From Aplysia californica (taxonomy: Eukaryota), in the NCBI RefSeq assembly GCF_000002075.1, contig NW_004797359.1, positions 1,073,137 through 1,137,136 on the forward strand: a stretch of 64,000 nucleotides of DNA. Direction: 5' to 3'. The notes under the pieces were generated by a model. It was not told where the DNA came from. It saw only the letters and a program-made list of their open reading frames with translations, and ran no database searches. Positions 62,966-64,000 of the stretch are shown here, piece by piece; position 1 is the stretch's first letter; the number at the start of each line of letters is the position of its first letter. The position numbers were made by a program, and so were the translations under genes.

Positions 62966-63592
62966 ATAACCAGTTCATACTTCATGTGGTCTTATCTGTT
63001 TGGGTTTTCTTTTTCGTTAATCTATTCAAGGTACAACAACACGATTAAACATTAATTAAATAGAATCTAACTGGTCTGCTCAATTCGTTTTAGATTTACT
63101 TTTGTCTTCTTATTTATCTGTCCCTAATGCAAACAGCTATTTATCGTGCTGACTCAGCAGTTCTTTTTTCAATAATATTTTGCCATTTCCGCTTGTTTCA
63201 TATCTTTTTTTCCTTTTACCACCATTTATTTTTCTTTTCCCTTTGTCTGTCCTCTTCTTTTGCTACCACCACTGTTAGTAGTGTTAGTTCTCCCCTCTTG
63301 TTAACAGCTACTCTTTCTTCACTCGTGTTTTCACTTTTCGCTTCTTTCTCTTCCTTCCACTTGCACTTGCACTTGCACTACTGTTTCATCATTGCTTTTC
63401 CCTCACTCCCCACTCCCCGAACCATTCAAAGTACATCATGTGATGTAGATGCTGGTGGTTGTATCTAACTCGCACCAGAGAGTTTTACAGTACAGTGTTC
63501 CCTGTAAACTCTCTGCTCGCACTTTGACTTTGGACGATTTGAGTGGCACGAAGAAAGTCAACGCAGGAGATGGACAACAGTGCAAGATTTAC

Positions 63593-63669
63593 CTGTGGTG
63601 TCCAAGACAGCAGCCTTCCTTCTGGGGTCATCGGCGTATTTGATACAGTCCATAGCTGGACCTTCCATT
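63593..63669 (-). CDS. Possible penultimate exon of the same convergent gene (MEGPAMDCIKYADDPRRKAAVLDTT)
   Basis: cccacag| acceptor and cag|gtaaat donor; ends in phase 1, matching the 61267 exon. Confidence 0.35.
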
Positions 63670-63716
63670 CTGTGGGATCAGATATTATATATCTAACGAA
63701 AGAGACGCCTGTTTTA

Positions 63717-63805
<89 letters not shown>

Positions 63806-63919
63806 NNNNNNNNNNNNNNNNNNNNNNNNNNNNNNNNNNNNNNNNNNNNNNNNNNNNNNNNNNNNNNNNNNNNNNNNNNNNNNNNNNNNNNNNNNNNNNN
63901 NNNNNATACAAAGGCTATC

Positions 63920-63959
<40 letters not shown>
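63717..63959. repeat. (TAC)n and (ATT)n microsatellites flanking an N-gap
   Basis: Direct. Confidence 0.95.
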
Positions 63960-64000
63960 GTGTTTGAAAATGTTAATTTTGATTGAATTGCTCTGATTGT

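Noticed and set aside
27421-63986. ORFs spanning N runs
   Set aside because: Artefacts of assembly gaps (27480-27691, 55357-55499, 60618-60931, 62070-62713, 63806-63905).

Overview
AT-rich invertebrate (probably molluscan/lophotrochozoan) genomic scaffold with 7 N-gaps. The main feature is a + strand RBM33-like gene. I can reconstruct it as 20 phase-consistent GT-AG coding exons (24972-47273, 4446 nt, 1481 aa): acidic N-terminus, RBM33-type FKTER...IPDTLE, KIYINPRF and coiled-coil motifs, long Pro/Gly/Arg/Gln/Tyr low-complexity tracts, and a C-terminal RRM. It is probably followed by a ~10.8 kb 3'UTR. A convergent - strand gene contributes its last exon (61047-61267, membrane-protein-like C-terminus), and its splice acceptor has been amplified into an intronic minisatellite of about 16 copies. 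The first ~24 kb is a dense, deeply nested pile of mostly non-autonomous transposons: Deu/Nin-domain tRNA-SINEs, CAG-terminal elements with unusual 6-bp TSDs, MULE-like (9-bp TSD), Merlin/MULE-like (8-bp), piggyBac- and Kolobok-like (TTAA), Harbinger (TTA), a 41-bp P-like element, and decayed RTE-LINE and Academ coding remnants. This region is studded with TA[GATC/GGCC/GCC]TA micro-insertions that look like transposon excision footprints. No CRISPR, rRNA or genuine tRNA gene was found. Family assignments rest on motif recall and TIR/TSD reading, not on database searches.
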